A DNA stretch of 64,000 nucleotides from the human T2T-CHM13v2.0 reference genome, Homo sapiens: the NCBI RefSeq assembly GCF_009914755.1, contig NC_060946.1; one strand, 5' to 3'. Every line of letters begins with the position of its first letter. Position 1 is the first letter of the stretch. Of the stretch, positions 1-19,110 are shown piece after piece. Position numbers and translations under genes: made by a program. The notes under the pieces are model-generated. The model made no database searches, was not told the origin of the DNA, and worked only from the letters and a program-made list of their open reading frames with translations.

Positions 1-1160
1 TGTCACCTTCTGCACTCCCCCCACCACCGCCGCCCTGCTCCTCTTCCCACCATCACAGCACTGATGGCTCCATAGCACTGGCCATACCGTCTGTCTATCC
101 AAACAGACTGAGGCCAGATATGAGTCATTTCTGTGCTCCCAGCACTGAGTGTGGGGGGGCATCTGCACATGGCTCACAGTGGGTGTTCAATAGAACATTC
201 TAGCATGTAAACAGCTGGACTGCCACCTGCTCCCGTGGGACTCAGGCTTCCCTCACTGACCTCGACACCCCCAAATTTTCAGCAGATCCTGGATGTGACC
301 CCATCCCCTCTGCTCCAAATTCCTCAGGCCTAGATCCAGGGCTGCGCTTTCTCAGTGGAGGGCTCTCACCTTTAACTTCTGCTCCACCCAAGATGGACCC
401 CTCATCTGCCGTTCCTTTCTCCTCCCCCTACCCCGGCCTATCCAGGGTGCACACAACCCGTCCTCCCACCTCCCTGTCTGCCCTCTTGACCAGAGTCGTG
501 ACCTCTCTGGAATCAAAATTCAAAGTACAGCTGAGAGTGTCTCAAATGCACCAAGTCCTCGTTAGAGCCCTGGCTTGCAACAGACTCTGCCTTGGGGAAA
601 AGACCAACATTTGGGGGTGGGAGAAAAGTTCTCTGCAACCTGAACTCCAGCAGAAGCTGAGAGGCCACAGTGGACGGAGGCAGGGGTGGGGTCCACAGCC
701 CTGGGACGACAGAGGGCCTGAGCCTCCGAGTTCCGGTTCCCATGGGTGAGAGGAGTCCCTCCCCCAGAACTGTGCAGAGGTGAGAGGAGCCTGTGCCCGC
801 CATGAGGGTCACGGGCAGTGAGGATCCTGAGGCACCATCCACCCCCCTGCCAAGGGCACTCATATGGTCACACTAACCCCAAACATCCCAGCCTCCCAGG
901 TGTCCAGAATGGGAGGGCCCTCACCTTTCGGGGCACCTGCCCTGATCCCCTTTTACCCCAGAGAGGAGATGACCTGGCAGTGTCATATGGTAAACCAGGG
1001 AAAAACAAGACTGGCCTTGAAAGCTGGTCTCTCGATTGTACACCCAGACAGGGCGGGCGTGGCAGCAGGTTCTGAGGAGCCCTGAGCCAGCTCCAGAAGG
1101 TTCTTACTCGGGGATCCCATCACCAGTCAGGCCTCCTCTTCATCCCTCCCAGAAAGCATT

Positions 1161-1268
1161 CCCTGCCTGCCCGAGTGTGGCTCTAGTCCCTGCACACCCT
1201 GCCTGCCCGAGTGTGGCTCTAGTCCCTGCACACCCTGCCTGCCCGAGTGTGGCTCTAGTCCCTGCACA
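1161..1268. repeat. 36-bp minisatellite x3 (ccctgcctgcccgagtgtggctctagtccctgcaca), intron 2
   Basis: Three identical tandem copies. Confidence 0.97.
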
Positions 1269-2289
1269 CCCGCCACTGAAACTGCTGCGCCAAGGCCGCC
1301 ACCCCTCCCTGGTACCGAATCCAATGGGCCCTTCAGACACTGCACCCCACTGGCTGCACCCACGTCTCCAGACCTCCCCTCTTGGGGTGCCCTCCCCTCT
1401 CCTGGCTCTTCCCCCACCTCTCTGGCCAGTTGTTCATGGTCTCCTGCTGGTCCCTCCAAAGTGGGGCTAGCTCAGGGCTCGGGGCCAGCATGCAGGCACC
1501 CAGGCCCTTCCACTTGCAGAAAATCCATCCCGCGTGTGTTCAGGCTCAGAAAATGGGCCCAAGGCAAGACCAGGCTCCAAGTAATCCCTGCATGAGCCTC
1601 TGCCAGCAAACCATGGCCCCGGAGTTACAGAGCCAGGCAGGCTGCAAGTTCCAGACCTAGCTACACGGCCCTCTCATTTCTTGTTTTTGAAGGAAAACAA
1701 AAGCGTTTCCATGTCTGGCATATGGAGTTGATTAAACATTTTACGAACAGCAAAAGCTTGTGAAAAACAGAGAAGGAAGCATGCAAAATGTATTTTATTA
1801 GCTCCTCCCACACTGCGATTTAGTGGATGAAATACGTTAGGCGAATCACTTCATCTCCGAGCCCTCCGTTTCCTCATCTGTAAAAGGGGTAAGAACACCC
1901 ACCCTGTCGAGTTGTTGGGACTTCACAAGGAGGCTAAGAAGAAGAGAGCTCAGCACTGTGTCTAGATGATGGCGAGGGCTCAGTAAGTGGAAGGCACCGT
2001 CATCATCACCACCACTGAGTCAGGTCACCCTGCCATGGCCAAGGGAGGGCCCTGGGCTCTGGAGTCCGACCTTTGCTCTACCATCTACTGACTAATTATA
2101 AGAGGCCAGCCGAGTTAGCTGTCTCTGATCTGTTTCCTCAAAGCTACGACGGTGACGGCAATCACTGCCCTTCAGGGTCACAGTGAAGATGAATGACAAT
2201 GTGTACAGACACCCAGCACATCCAGATTTGCACATGAGACTGTCTACACAGTTCCTGGAATACAGTAGGTGCTCAATAAATATCACTCA

Positions 2290-2832
<543 letters not shown>

Positions 2833-3613
2833 TCAGCAGCTTCGGAGGAAAAGGAAAATCCCGAGGAGCCAGGAACGCCACTGGCTGGCTGGTGTCTGGG
2901 CTGGAAGCCGAGAAGGCTTGGCTCGGGGGGAGCCTTTGGAGAGGCAGGGCTCTCACCAACATCTCTCACCCCCACCCACTCCCCCTGGCTGCGGCAGTCC
3001 CAGCGGGAACCCGACTTAAAGGGACAGCCGCCCTCCAGCCAGCCAAGGCTGCAAGCGGGAACCGCAGGGAGACAGCACCCGCCCCACCCCTGCCCCACGT
3101 CTGCGCAGCTTCGTGCTCATCTGATCCTCACAGGGACTTCTCCTTCTATTACAAATGGTATTTCTTTATGATAAATATTTGTAATATTTTCCTGCAAAAG
3201 AGAAAAAGCCCACAGGCTTTGGTAGGGAAGATCTGGGTTTCCATTCCAGCGCTGCCGCTGGTGATGGGACAATGGGCGGGGGCTCTGAGCCACAGGTTCC
3301 TCGGGGCACATGCAGACAAACCGAGACCACGGGCACACAGCAGGATCAACATAGGTGGGTCTGTCCCCTCTCTAGACAGATTCAACACTTCAAAATATGC
3401 AGCCAAGCTCTCTCTTATCAACTCAGTAGATTAAACCGGGTCTGCTTTTGTTTTCTGTCTTCCTCACTGACCAGTGCAATCTAGTGCTGGTACTCGGGCT
3501 GGAAGGCACTAATCCCGACACTTAGAGATGGGGAACGTGAGGGCCAGTGGTGCCAGAACCCTCTCTCGCGCTCACAGGCAGGCCAGTGGGCTGACCAGGA
3601 CTCGGCCACTAGC

Positions 3614-3652
3614 TGAGTCAAATGCAGAACACCCCAGCCTTGGTTGACGTCA
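3614..3652. promoter_or_regulatory. AP-1 site (TGAGTCA) plus full CRE (TGACGTCA)
   Basis: TGAGTCA 3614-3620 and TGACGTCA 3645-3652, ~850 bp upstream of the exon 1b ATG; function not demonstrated. Confidence 0.45.
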
Positions 3653-3693
3653 GCCACAACACTAACCAAAGAACCAGGACTCACAGCCAGCCC

Positions 3694-3748
3694 CAGCCCT
3701 CGGCCCTCAGCCCTCAGCCCTCTGCCCTCTGCCCTCAGCCCTCTGCCC
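3694..3748. repeat. Heptamer repeat (CDGCCCT)~8
   Basis: cagccct/cggccct/ctgccct tandem units. Confidence 0.9.
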
Positions 3749-4172
3749 AACAGTGTGTTGCTCACCCACTCCCATGCCCTGCCTGGCTCCTGGGCTCTAG
3801 GGCAGTGAGAGGGAGGAAAAGAGAAGGAGGCTTCATCGGTGAGGGTCTGGGTCAGCGAGCCTTGTCAGCCTCCAGGGGTGAGGGCCAGGAGAGCCCACGG
3901 GACTGGCAAGACCTCCCAGGCTCACAGGACCCGGGGGAACGAAACACGCGTGCTGTCTGCAGAGTCGCTTTGAAATTCCTGCCGCGTTTTTGCAACAGGC
4001 AAAGCCCAAGTCACGCTACTACAGACCCTTGCAAAATTAAGCAAAGCGCTGTGATTATTCCTGGATAAACTTCAATTCTTTTTTACTTCCTCTTTACATT
4101 GCTTCACTTTTGGTTCCCTCTTAGAGCCCAACGGAATAACAGAATAAATTTGGTCTTTAAAAACCAGCCCTT

Positions 4173-4650
<478 letters not shown>

Positions 4651-4654
4651 TTAA

Positions 4655-5765
<1,111 letters not shown>

Positions 5766-6264
5766 TGTAGCTAATGCTGGCAAGGGTGCATTGAACTGGA
5801 ACTCTCCGATATGCTAGAGAACAAAACATGTGAGAAGCTAAAGAGCATTTTCTCACTCCTATGCATCTACCTGACGGCAGAGTACAAAATTAAAGGCCTT
5901 TTGCACAAAAACATTTCGTGTGTTACTCATGAGAAAAAATAATATAACAGCAATAACCACAATGAAGACGACGAAAGGAAAGGACACAATATCCTGCCAT
6001 TTCTGACATTTCCCCGAGGTAAAGCATGCCATACGGATTCAACCAAATCGCCACCAATCTTTTTAAACGATGGCTATAAAGACTACACACAGATGCATGG
6101 GAATACGTGTAATACGATGTTTAGTGGAAAAGCGGAACCCCAAGTTGTAGACACAATGATGACAACTACGTAAATCACATGGAAACACCAGAGGTAAACA
6201 GACGAGAACGCTAGGAGTGGAAGAATTGAACACAGCATTTTTTTTTACTTAATATTTTCAGTCA

Positions 6265-6636
<372 letters not shown>

Positions 6637-7439
6637 TTAGGAGTTGCAGTCAAACATATGTGTGCTCAGGTCCTGACGCCACCCTTCCCTACTCAGATGG
6701 CCAATTCATTCAGCCAACCTCTCTGACCCTCAGTGGTTCTACCTGTCAGATGGGTCTCTAACCTGCCACCCTCCCAGAATCCAAGGTGAGGACTTGGCTG
6801 AAAGTGAAAGTGCTCTGCTGGCTGCACGGCTCCAGCTGCTGCAATGTGGGCTGCTGGAGACCCTCTGCTCTGCTGCCCTGTACGTCAGAAACACTGACAC
6901 CGAGCACGGCAGTGTGGCCTGCTTGGATGACGTCAGTGGATCCCAAACCTTCCAGTATCCTTTGGCCTCACGGTGCAGCAACTGGCTGTGAATAAACACA
7001 CGAGGCACAGCTGGCCTGTGAAGTCACTGCTGACTCTTTCTCCCACAAGCAAACCCCTTCTCCCTTCACCCTTTCCCAGGGGCTGCCGAGCAAGAAATCC
7101 CCTGGGTCACAAGCCCCGGGAGCTGCTAGTCCAGCACAGAGCCTCGTCGTCTCCAGACTCCTCTCTGTCCCTTCTCCCTACCGTCTTGCCAGTCAGGGCT
7201 GCAGGTTTTCCCCACCCTCAAGCAGAGTGGAGACTTACGGAAGCAGATGTGGCCCCGAAAGCTGAGCCAGGCTTACGGTGGTAGCACCTCGGACAGCTCT
7301 GTGCTCACGGCCCTGCCTTCCCTCCCTTCCCTCCCGGGGTCCTATGAAGCCAGATTATAATCCATTCTCCTGATTTGAGGCAGCCGTGAACACTGAATTA
7401 GTCAGTACCGACCCACTGGGTCCTAAGGCAAATACAAGG

Positions 7440-8235
<796 letters not shown>

Positions 8236-8595
8236 GCCTGGACCAGGAAAACTGATATTTGCCAGGAGTTCTGGTGATCCAGCTGTCTCCCCTGCCTCAA
8301 GCGAGTGACCTGCTTCTGTAAGTCACTCTCTTCGAACTCCAGAACTGGAAGAGCCCTTTCCAGGTGAGTGACTCCAGGGACTAGCAGGGGAGAGGGCGCG
8401 TGGGAAGTGAGCACTAAGCCTGGGCCGTCCACACCCCAGTGCGGTGTCTGCCACCTCTGAATTGCCACTAACTCTCCTCCTGGTTCTGCACGACGCTGGA
8501 CTGGTGGCATGACAGCACCAAGAGCTCAACAGTGCTGGTTTCAGGAGCGAGGAACGTGATGACAGCTCGCGCGTGCCCTGCACCCTACAGTGTGT

Positions 8596-8936
<341 letters not shown>

Positions 8937-9559
8937 TAAAGCCCTTTCACCCATTGTCTTTTCAGATCCTCATGGCAACTTTATGAGGTGGGGACCACCT
9001 CAGCTTAGTTTCAAACCTCAGTCTTCATTTTCAACCAAAACTTGAGACTCTAGTGGCTAGATGGTGTGTGCAGGAGCTGAGACACAAACCCAGCCCCTCC
9101 AACAGAGCCCATATCCTTCTCCTGGATAAGCCCACATCCTTATCCTTAGCCTGGCCCTGCAGGAGGATTCTCCCAGCTATGTTACAAATGCAGAAACTAA
9201 GCGAACCCGGGGGTCACCTGGTGAACAGCTAGGAAAGCAATTCAGGCTTTCAGACCTCTCCCCTCCCCCAACTTCTGAGTCCCCAGCGGGGTGGGCTCAC
9301 AGGGGCCACTCTGAGCCCTGAAGCACCATCAGGGCTTCCTGGGATAGTCTAAGAACCCGTGAAAGAACTTCAGACAAGAGCTTCATGCACAGGGGCTGTG
9401 GGATCCACTTCCCAGCCGAGTGCCAATTTAACATAATTTAATTATTTTCCATGGGGATGGTTCTTCAGATGCACACTGAAAAGGGAAACTTTTATCTTTC
9501 GAGGCATTTCACGTGAATCCAATCACAATATGGGATGGGGGAAGACTGTCAGATTGGAG

Positions 9560-9745
9560 TTCAAGAGCAGACTTGATTCCCATTTGTGATGCACTGCCCA
9601 CGTGGGTAAGTGACTGAACCTCTCAGACCTTCAGTTTCCTCATCAGTAAAATCAGAACAGCTGCCTCCTACGGTTACCATGGAGACCAAATGAGCTCCTA
9701 CACAGTGCTCAGCAGTGCAACACGCACTTAGAAACGATGAATGAC
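9560..9745 (+). mobile_element. MIR relic
   Basis: gtaagtgactgaacctctc...tcagtttcctcatc core. Confidence 0.6.
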
Positions 9746-10022
9746 AACTGCCACTGTGGTTACTATGATAACTTGGAACATTTTCCACTAACCAGACCCT
9801 GGGAATAATCGCGAATTACTTTAGGAGGCATTCCTTGAAACCCACCCCAATCCTTTTTTAGAAAAGGATTAAACCATTAAACCACACAAGCAAGTTATGG
9901 TAAAGCCCTGATTAAAATAGTTTATAGCCATTAAAAATGATGGTTCTGTATTAAATAAAGAAAAATGTCCAAGAACTATCTCCCAAAAAAGTACATTAAC
10001 ACAGCAGGCCAAGAGGTGATTG

Positions 10023-10056
<34 letters not shown>

Positions 10057-10339
10057 GGAGTCTCAGTGTCACCCAGGCTGGAATAACATCATGTGATCTC
10101 GGCTCACTGCAACCTCCATTTCCTGGGCTCAAGCCATCCTCCTGTTTCAGCCTCCTGAGTAGCTGGAACCACAGACATGCACCACCAGACCCAGCTAATT
10201 TTTGTATTTTTGGTAGAGACAGGTTTCACCATGTTGCCCAGGCTGGTCTTGAGCGCCTGAGCTCAAGCAATCCGCCTGCTTGGCCTCCCAAAGTGCTGGG
10301 ATTACAGGTGTGAACCACTGCGCCCAGCCCAATAAGTGA

Positions 10340-13700
<3,361 letters not shown>

Positions 13701-14000
13701 TAGAATAAATGAAGCAAAAAATGGAGAGCAGACCAATATTAGAGGTTTTTCCTATTAAAGCCAATCGTTTAAGATGACTCCAATGCTTGCTGGAGCCTGC
13801 GGAAGAGAAGGGAGGTGAGGAAGCCAGATGGTCAGGGTCCATCCTGGCTCTGGCAGTTCTGGTCATGTGACAGACAAATCCAAACCTCCTGGTGCCTGTT
13901 TCCTGACTTGTAAAATGGCAGTAACAATGGTATCTACCTCCTGGGTTGTTGAAAGTTAGTCCATCCACGTGAAGCCTTTAAAATTGTGCTGGCACCGAGC

Positions 14001-14397
14001 CAGCACCTAGGATCAGCACCAGATAAGCACCCAGGGTCAGCACTGAGCCAGCAACTAGGATCAGCACCAGATAAGCACCCAAGGTCAGCACTAAGCCAGC
14101 ACCCAGGGTCAGCATTAAGCCAGCACCCAGGGTCAGCACTAAGCTAGCACCCAGGAACAGCACCAGATGAGCACCCAGGGTCAGCACTGAGACAGCACCC
14201 AGGATCAGCACCAGATAAGCACCCAGGGTCAGCACTGAGACAGCACCCAGGATCAGCACCAGATGAGCACCCAGGATCAGCACCAGATGAGCACCCAGGA
14301 TCAGCACCAGATAAGCACCCAGGGTCAGCACTGAGACAGCACCCAGGATCAGCACCAGATGAGCACCCAGGGTAACCACTGAGCCAGCACCCAGGGT
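14001..14397. repeat. 24-bp VNTR (~16.5 copies; agcacccaggRtcagcac(cagatR|tgagac|taagcc))
   Basis: Tandem units with a 12-nt internal half-repeat; translates as 8-aa repeats in the ORF track. Confidence 0.97.
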
Positions 14398-17300
14398 GGG
14401 AAAGTATTATTACATCATTACTAGTATCCTCATGGCCTCTGGGGAGAAAAACTATGAAGGAGAAAGACTCAGTGTTTTCATTAAGAACCTTCTCAAACCT
14501 TTTGTATTTTGTACCCTGAGCACGTTTACCTATCCAAAAAGTAACCAAAATATTTCTAACAATGCAGTTACTTGGAAAAACGCTCATGGTAGAGGAAAAA
14601 AGCCAGGACACAAAATTATACCTGAATACTTAAATGAAGGAAACTGTCTATTTTAAAAAATGCCTAGGAGGAAAGACTGAAGGAATTACACGCACATGCC
14701 CACAGTGAAGGGTTAAGAGTGGTGCAGTGCACAGATCCTCATCCCGCAAATAAAACAAAGACAAAAAAAAGTGAGGCCAGAATAACTTCGTCCTGTTTTA
14801 CAAATACTCTGCGGCATGTTTACAAATACACCCAGGGCTGCCTGTGTGCCAGGCGTGGTGCTCAACACTGAGGCCTGACGCTCTTGATCTCACAACAACT
14901 GAAGCAGTTTATTTTACAAACGAGGACATGGCAGGAGGGAGACTGCCCGGCTCCCGCGGTTGGAAGCTGGTGTTTGAACCCACTCGTCCTCACATCAGTT
15001 AGTTTGGTCTCATGCGGTCCCTGCTGCCCCCGCCATCCCCAGCTTCAGTGGAAGCAGGATGAATTTTAAGTAACACAGACAGAAGTGAGATGGTAGCTGT
15101 GGCAGGCACCAGTAGAAGGTGGTGGCTGGACAGGGAATGCCAGTCAGCTGGAGACTCAAGGAAAACTAGGAATCAAGCAGGCAAAGGTGGACGGCATTCA
15201 ACGCTCCCCTTGGGGGAAGATGAGTGAGGCCAGGATGGTGGATCAGCCCTGAGGCTGAGGAAGTAGAGTGGGAAGAAGAGCTGGAGGGGCCGGGCCCTCT
15301 TCCCTGGGTCAGGGGTTCTGTGTTATCCCCAGAGGGCTGGGGACCCCTGAAGTGTTTGGTGGGGAGGGGGCTGAGAAGGCGTCTGCCGTGGGGTGGCCTG
15401 CAGATGCTGGGTGCCTGTCCCGGGACTGTCTGGGTCAAGGGCCTTGAGAGGGTCCTCTCCAGAGAACACCGGGCTCAGCAATAGACTCCACTTGGCCCTG
15501 GTCATGGTCCAAAGGTGGGGGTCAACTGGACTCTTTGGGGAGAGTCCAGGCGGCCCTTGGCCCTCTGTAAGCCTCCGCACCCAGGCAGCCAGGGCTGGCT
15601 GAATGGGCTTCTGTGGCCCCTCAATAGGCCTTTCATCCACTCGTGCCTCGCAGAGCCTCTCCCAGAGCCTCTCCAGCTGAGGGCCTCCCTCCCTCGGGGC
15701 ACAGAAAACAAAGGCACTGTCCAGGGAGGCCCCTGGCTGCTCTGACGAGGCACTTGGGGGAGGGGAGCTGGACCATTGAGTCCCCACGTGAGCAGTGCCA
15801 TGCCCTCTCCTCTGACCAAAGGGAAGCGTGGGGTCTCCACGTTGCGTGCCTAAAACCCCTGCCTGGTTTCACATCTTCCTTTGGAAGAAGTCCAGGCTCC
15901 CTTACCAGGCAAGCCAGGCTCTCCAGGCAGCCCCCGCATCTGCCATGTGGTCCCCGATGTTCCAGCCAGCCTCGGCCCTTCTTCTCTGACCAAACGCCCT
16001 GCATCCCCCTGGAGAGCCTTGCTCCCTCTCACCAGGTCTCGACCACACCACAGGGCACAGGGCACAAGCACGGCGCCCATTCCAACTTGGCCTGTGCAGG
16101 TCAGCTCAGGGGCCACCTCCACCTTTGCAGTCACCCCCTCGGGGTGCCTTCCTTACCACCCCACCCCAGCACCGGCCTTCCCTGACCCAGCTGGGGCCCT
16201 GCAAGACATCCCGAGTGCTGCCCGTGCCCACGTGCACCTGACGGCATTGCCTCACTTGATCTTCACAAAGATCCTGAGAGGTAAGAATAATTCCCTTCAT
16301 TGATCTGATGAGGAACTTGGGGCTCAAGGCCCGAGCGCCTGGTCTGCAGTCAGGCCTGTCAGGGCCAGGCCAAAGCCCCACCTGCCTGCAAAGCCACGCT
16401 CCTGGCTCCACACTGCAGGCTTGTCACACTGGCCCCTCCCCACCCAGAAAAGGCCCTTTGCTGGCAGGGCGTCCGGGGCCCAGCGCAGGGCAGTATCCAC
16501 CACAGAGAGCCAGTGAACGACAAGAAACACAGGACGTGCCGAGCCCTGTCCTCGGTGCGTTCAGAGAGCACGTGGCAGCCTCTCCACTCACCCTCAGCTG
16601 CTGGCAGGCAGAACTTTATTCATGGGCCTGTCTTAGACTTGCACAACGCTGTGAAATCCTCGAAGTGCTTTCACAATCCCCAGGCCACATGTGTGACCAC
16701 CTAACAGCCATTTTACAGTTAAGGAAACCGAGACCTTCAAGTCCGGGCACCTGGCAAGCTCGTGGGGTTGGGCTTCGTATCCAGTTCTGTGGGCCTGCTC
16801 TGCCCCAGGCGCTGCATGAGGTCCTAGGGGACAAAGGGGAACAAACCCTGACCTCAAGGTGCCTTGCATGGCGGGGGAGGCTCCTGCTGGATTGGGGCTC
16901 CCATAAAGCGTCCTTTATCCTCCTCTAAGCAACAATTCCCACAAAGCCCCCTACCTCCTGTGACCACCGCACCTGCTGCCCGCCCCGACCCCACAGCTGT
17001 TTCCAGACAGTTTCAATATCTCCTAAGCACAATCATCAAGCTGAAACAGTGGTTCCATATTCAAATTCCTGTTTTCTGTGAGATCATCCTCACAGGGGCC
17101 TTATCCAAGATCCTAACTCACTGCTCTGCTCAGACACAGAAAATGGCCTCCTACATGACCAGCTGACCGACCGACCGACCACTTCCTGAGTAATTTCTCA
17201 AGCTTCTCCTGACACTCACGCAAAGGTGCCCCATCTCAGCCAGGAGCCAGCACTGCCAGCTTCCCCGCCCTTTCCTCCACTGCCTGGGCTTGAGGCCACC

Positions 17301-19110
17301 CAGCCACTGCCCAGTCATCATTCCACCTCCTCCCGCCTCCATGCCAGCATGCTCTATGGCACGAGGAAGTCACAGAACCCTTGAACCTTGAGGCCCACCC
17401 ACGCCCCCAGCTCACGATATCTGCAGAGATGCCAAACCCTGGCAGAGGAACTCAGGCCATGTGCTTCAGCTGCTCCCTCACTCCTCCACTCCCTGCCCGG
17501 GCCCTGAGCCAGGAGCCAGGCACACAGCTGGACCCATCCGCCAATGCCACCCACCCTTGTGCCCAGCACCCGGCCCACGGCAGGTGCTCAGTGTGCAGGC
17601 CCACATGTACTAGGTGCAAGGCAACGACACACCACACAGGACAAGGATGCAAAGCACCTTCTGGGCCCTTCTGCGGCTCTGCCTTCCCAGGGGTCTCAGT
17701 CCCCTGCTCGATCTCATGCTCTCCGCAGGCAACGTCCTTGGAAATGCCCACTCCCACACCAACCCTCATTCCTAGCCCTCCTCTACTCTGACTTCTGAGA
17801 CCCACTGCATTGTGAAAACCAGGGGGCTGGGCTCTGCCTCGTACACTATGCCAGGACAGGCCCACCCAGGAAAAAAAGGGCATCGAACATCCTTCTCTGG
17901 AGAAAGGGATATGTTTGAGCATGAGAAGGGAAGCGCCAGCCTCGAATCCAGGACAATTAGGTCCAACATCCCCTGCTGCTATGGGACCCTGCACAAGTGC
18001 CTTAGCCTAAGTCCCACTGTCTCCCTCTGCCAACAGGGACAACACCCCTCACGTCACCGGGCTGTCACTGGAATGAAACGCTGCCAATACAATACTGGAG
18101 GAAATGAAGTCCCCTCCGTAAAGGGGACTGCAGTGGTTCTGGCTCCAACTGTCCCCGGGAGAGAACGGGCCCCACTGAACTTCAGGGAAGGATCCTGGAC
18201 GCAGAGCCTTCTTCTTGTCGCAGCCTCTGATAGAGATGACCTCATCCCTGTACCCTAAAGCAGAAGCAGCTCCGGCTGGGGCGGATCCATCGGGGTTTGC
18301 TGCAGGGAGAGGGCTCCCGGGAGCTGAGCAGCAGCTAACGAGCTCCCACTGTGTGCGGGGGCAGCTCCCTCCTCCCTGGATCAGGAGAAACCTGGAATCC
18401 TAGACCCCTACACCCCTGGTAGGCATGGTCTCAGGGATGGCCCAGGTCAGCACCGGCCAATGCAGACAATCCGTGGGCTGGCAGGAGGGACCTGCAGATA
18501 GAGCTGGGGGTTTGGGGCAGGAAATCTAGGACCCAAAGTGTGAAGTCACAGTTCACAGGGTTGTGGGATGAGAGGGTTCGATTTCTATTTTGTGGGGCCA
18601 GAGTGGGGTGTGATTCTTCTCGCTTGTCTTGCTTCCTTCACTTCTGATGTCCCCGATCCCCAGCACACACAGCATCAACCTCCCTGAGCAGCTGGTCCTG
18701 CCTACCCACAGTGCTTTTTACAAGTGGCTTGGTTTCAAGTGGTTAAGAGTGTGGACCAGTGAAATGTGTCCCAGAACCTTGGCTGTGAGCAGTGACCAGG
18801 CCAACCTTCTTCTCCCTAATTCATAAAAGGAAACTGAGGCACAGCGCTGCCACCTGTCACAGCAGCCTCCATGACACGCTCTGAGGCTCTAGGTCTGACC
18901 CTCGCTCCTTCCTCAGGCAGAGATAGAGCAGCAAGCAGTACTACTCTGCAAAGGGGAACAGAGCCCAGAGGCCTACAGTGACTTCCCAGAAGCGGCTCAG
19001 CAAATTACAGTGTGAACCTTCATTGCCCTTTTCCTGCCGCCTCTGCTCAGGCAGGGCCCTGTGTGGGCAATACCTCGCTCAAGGGCCAGTTCCCCAACAA
19101 ATGATCACCT

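Noticed and set aside
13978-14379. 133-aa hydrophobic ORF (LGAHLVLI repeats) resembling a membrane protein
   Set aside because: Simply the translation of the 24-bp VNTR; non-ATG start and no splice support.
17214-17342. Minus-strand TGC|GTGAGT donor downstream of an ATG ORF, as a possible extra first exon
   Set aside because: Phase 0 from that ATG, so out of frame with exon 2; a single hexamer is expected by chance. Cannot be supported without transcript data.
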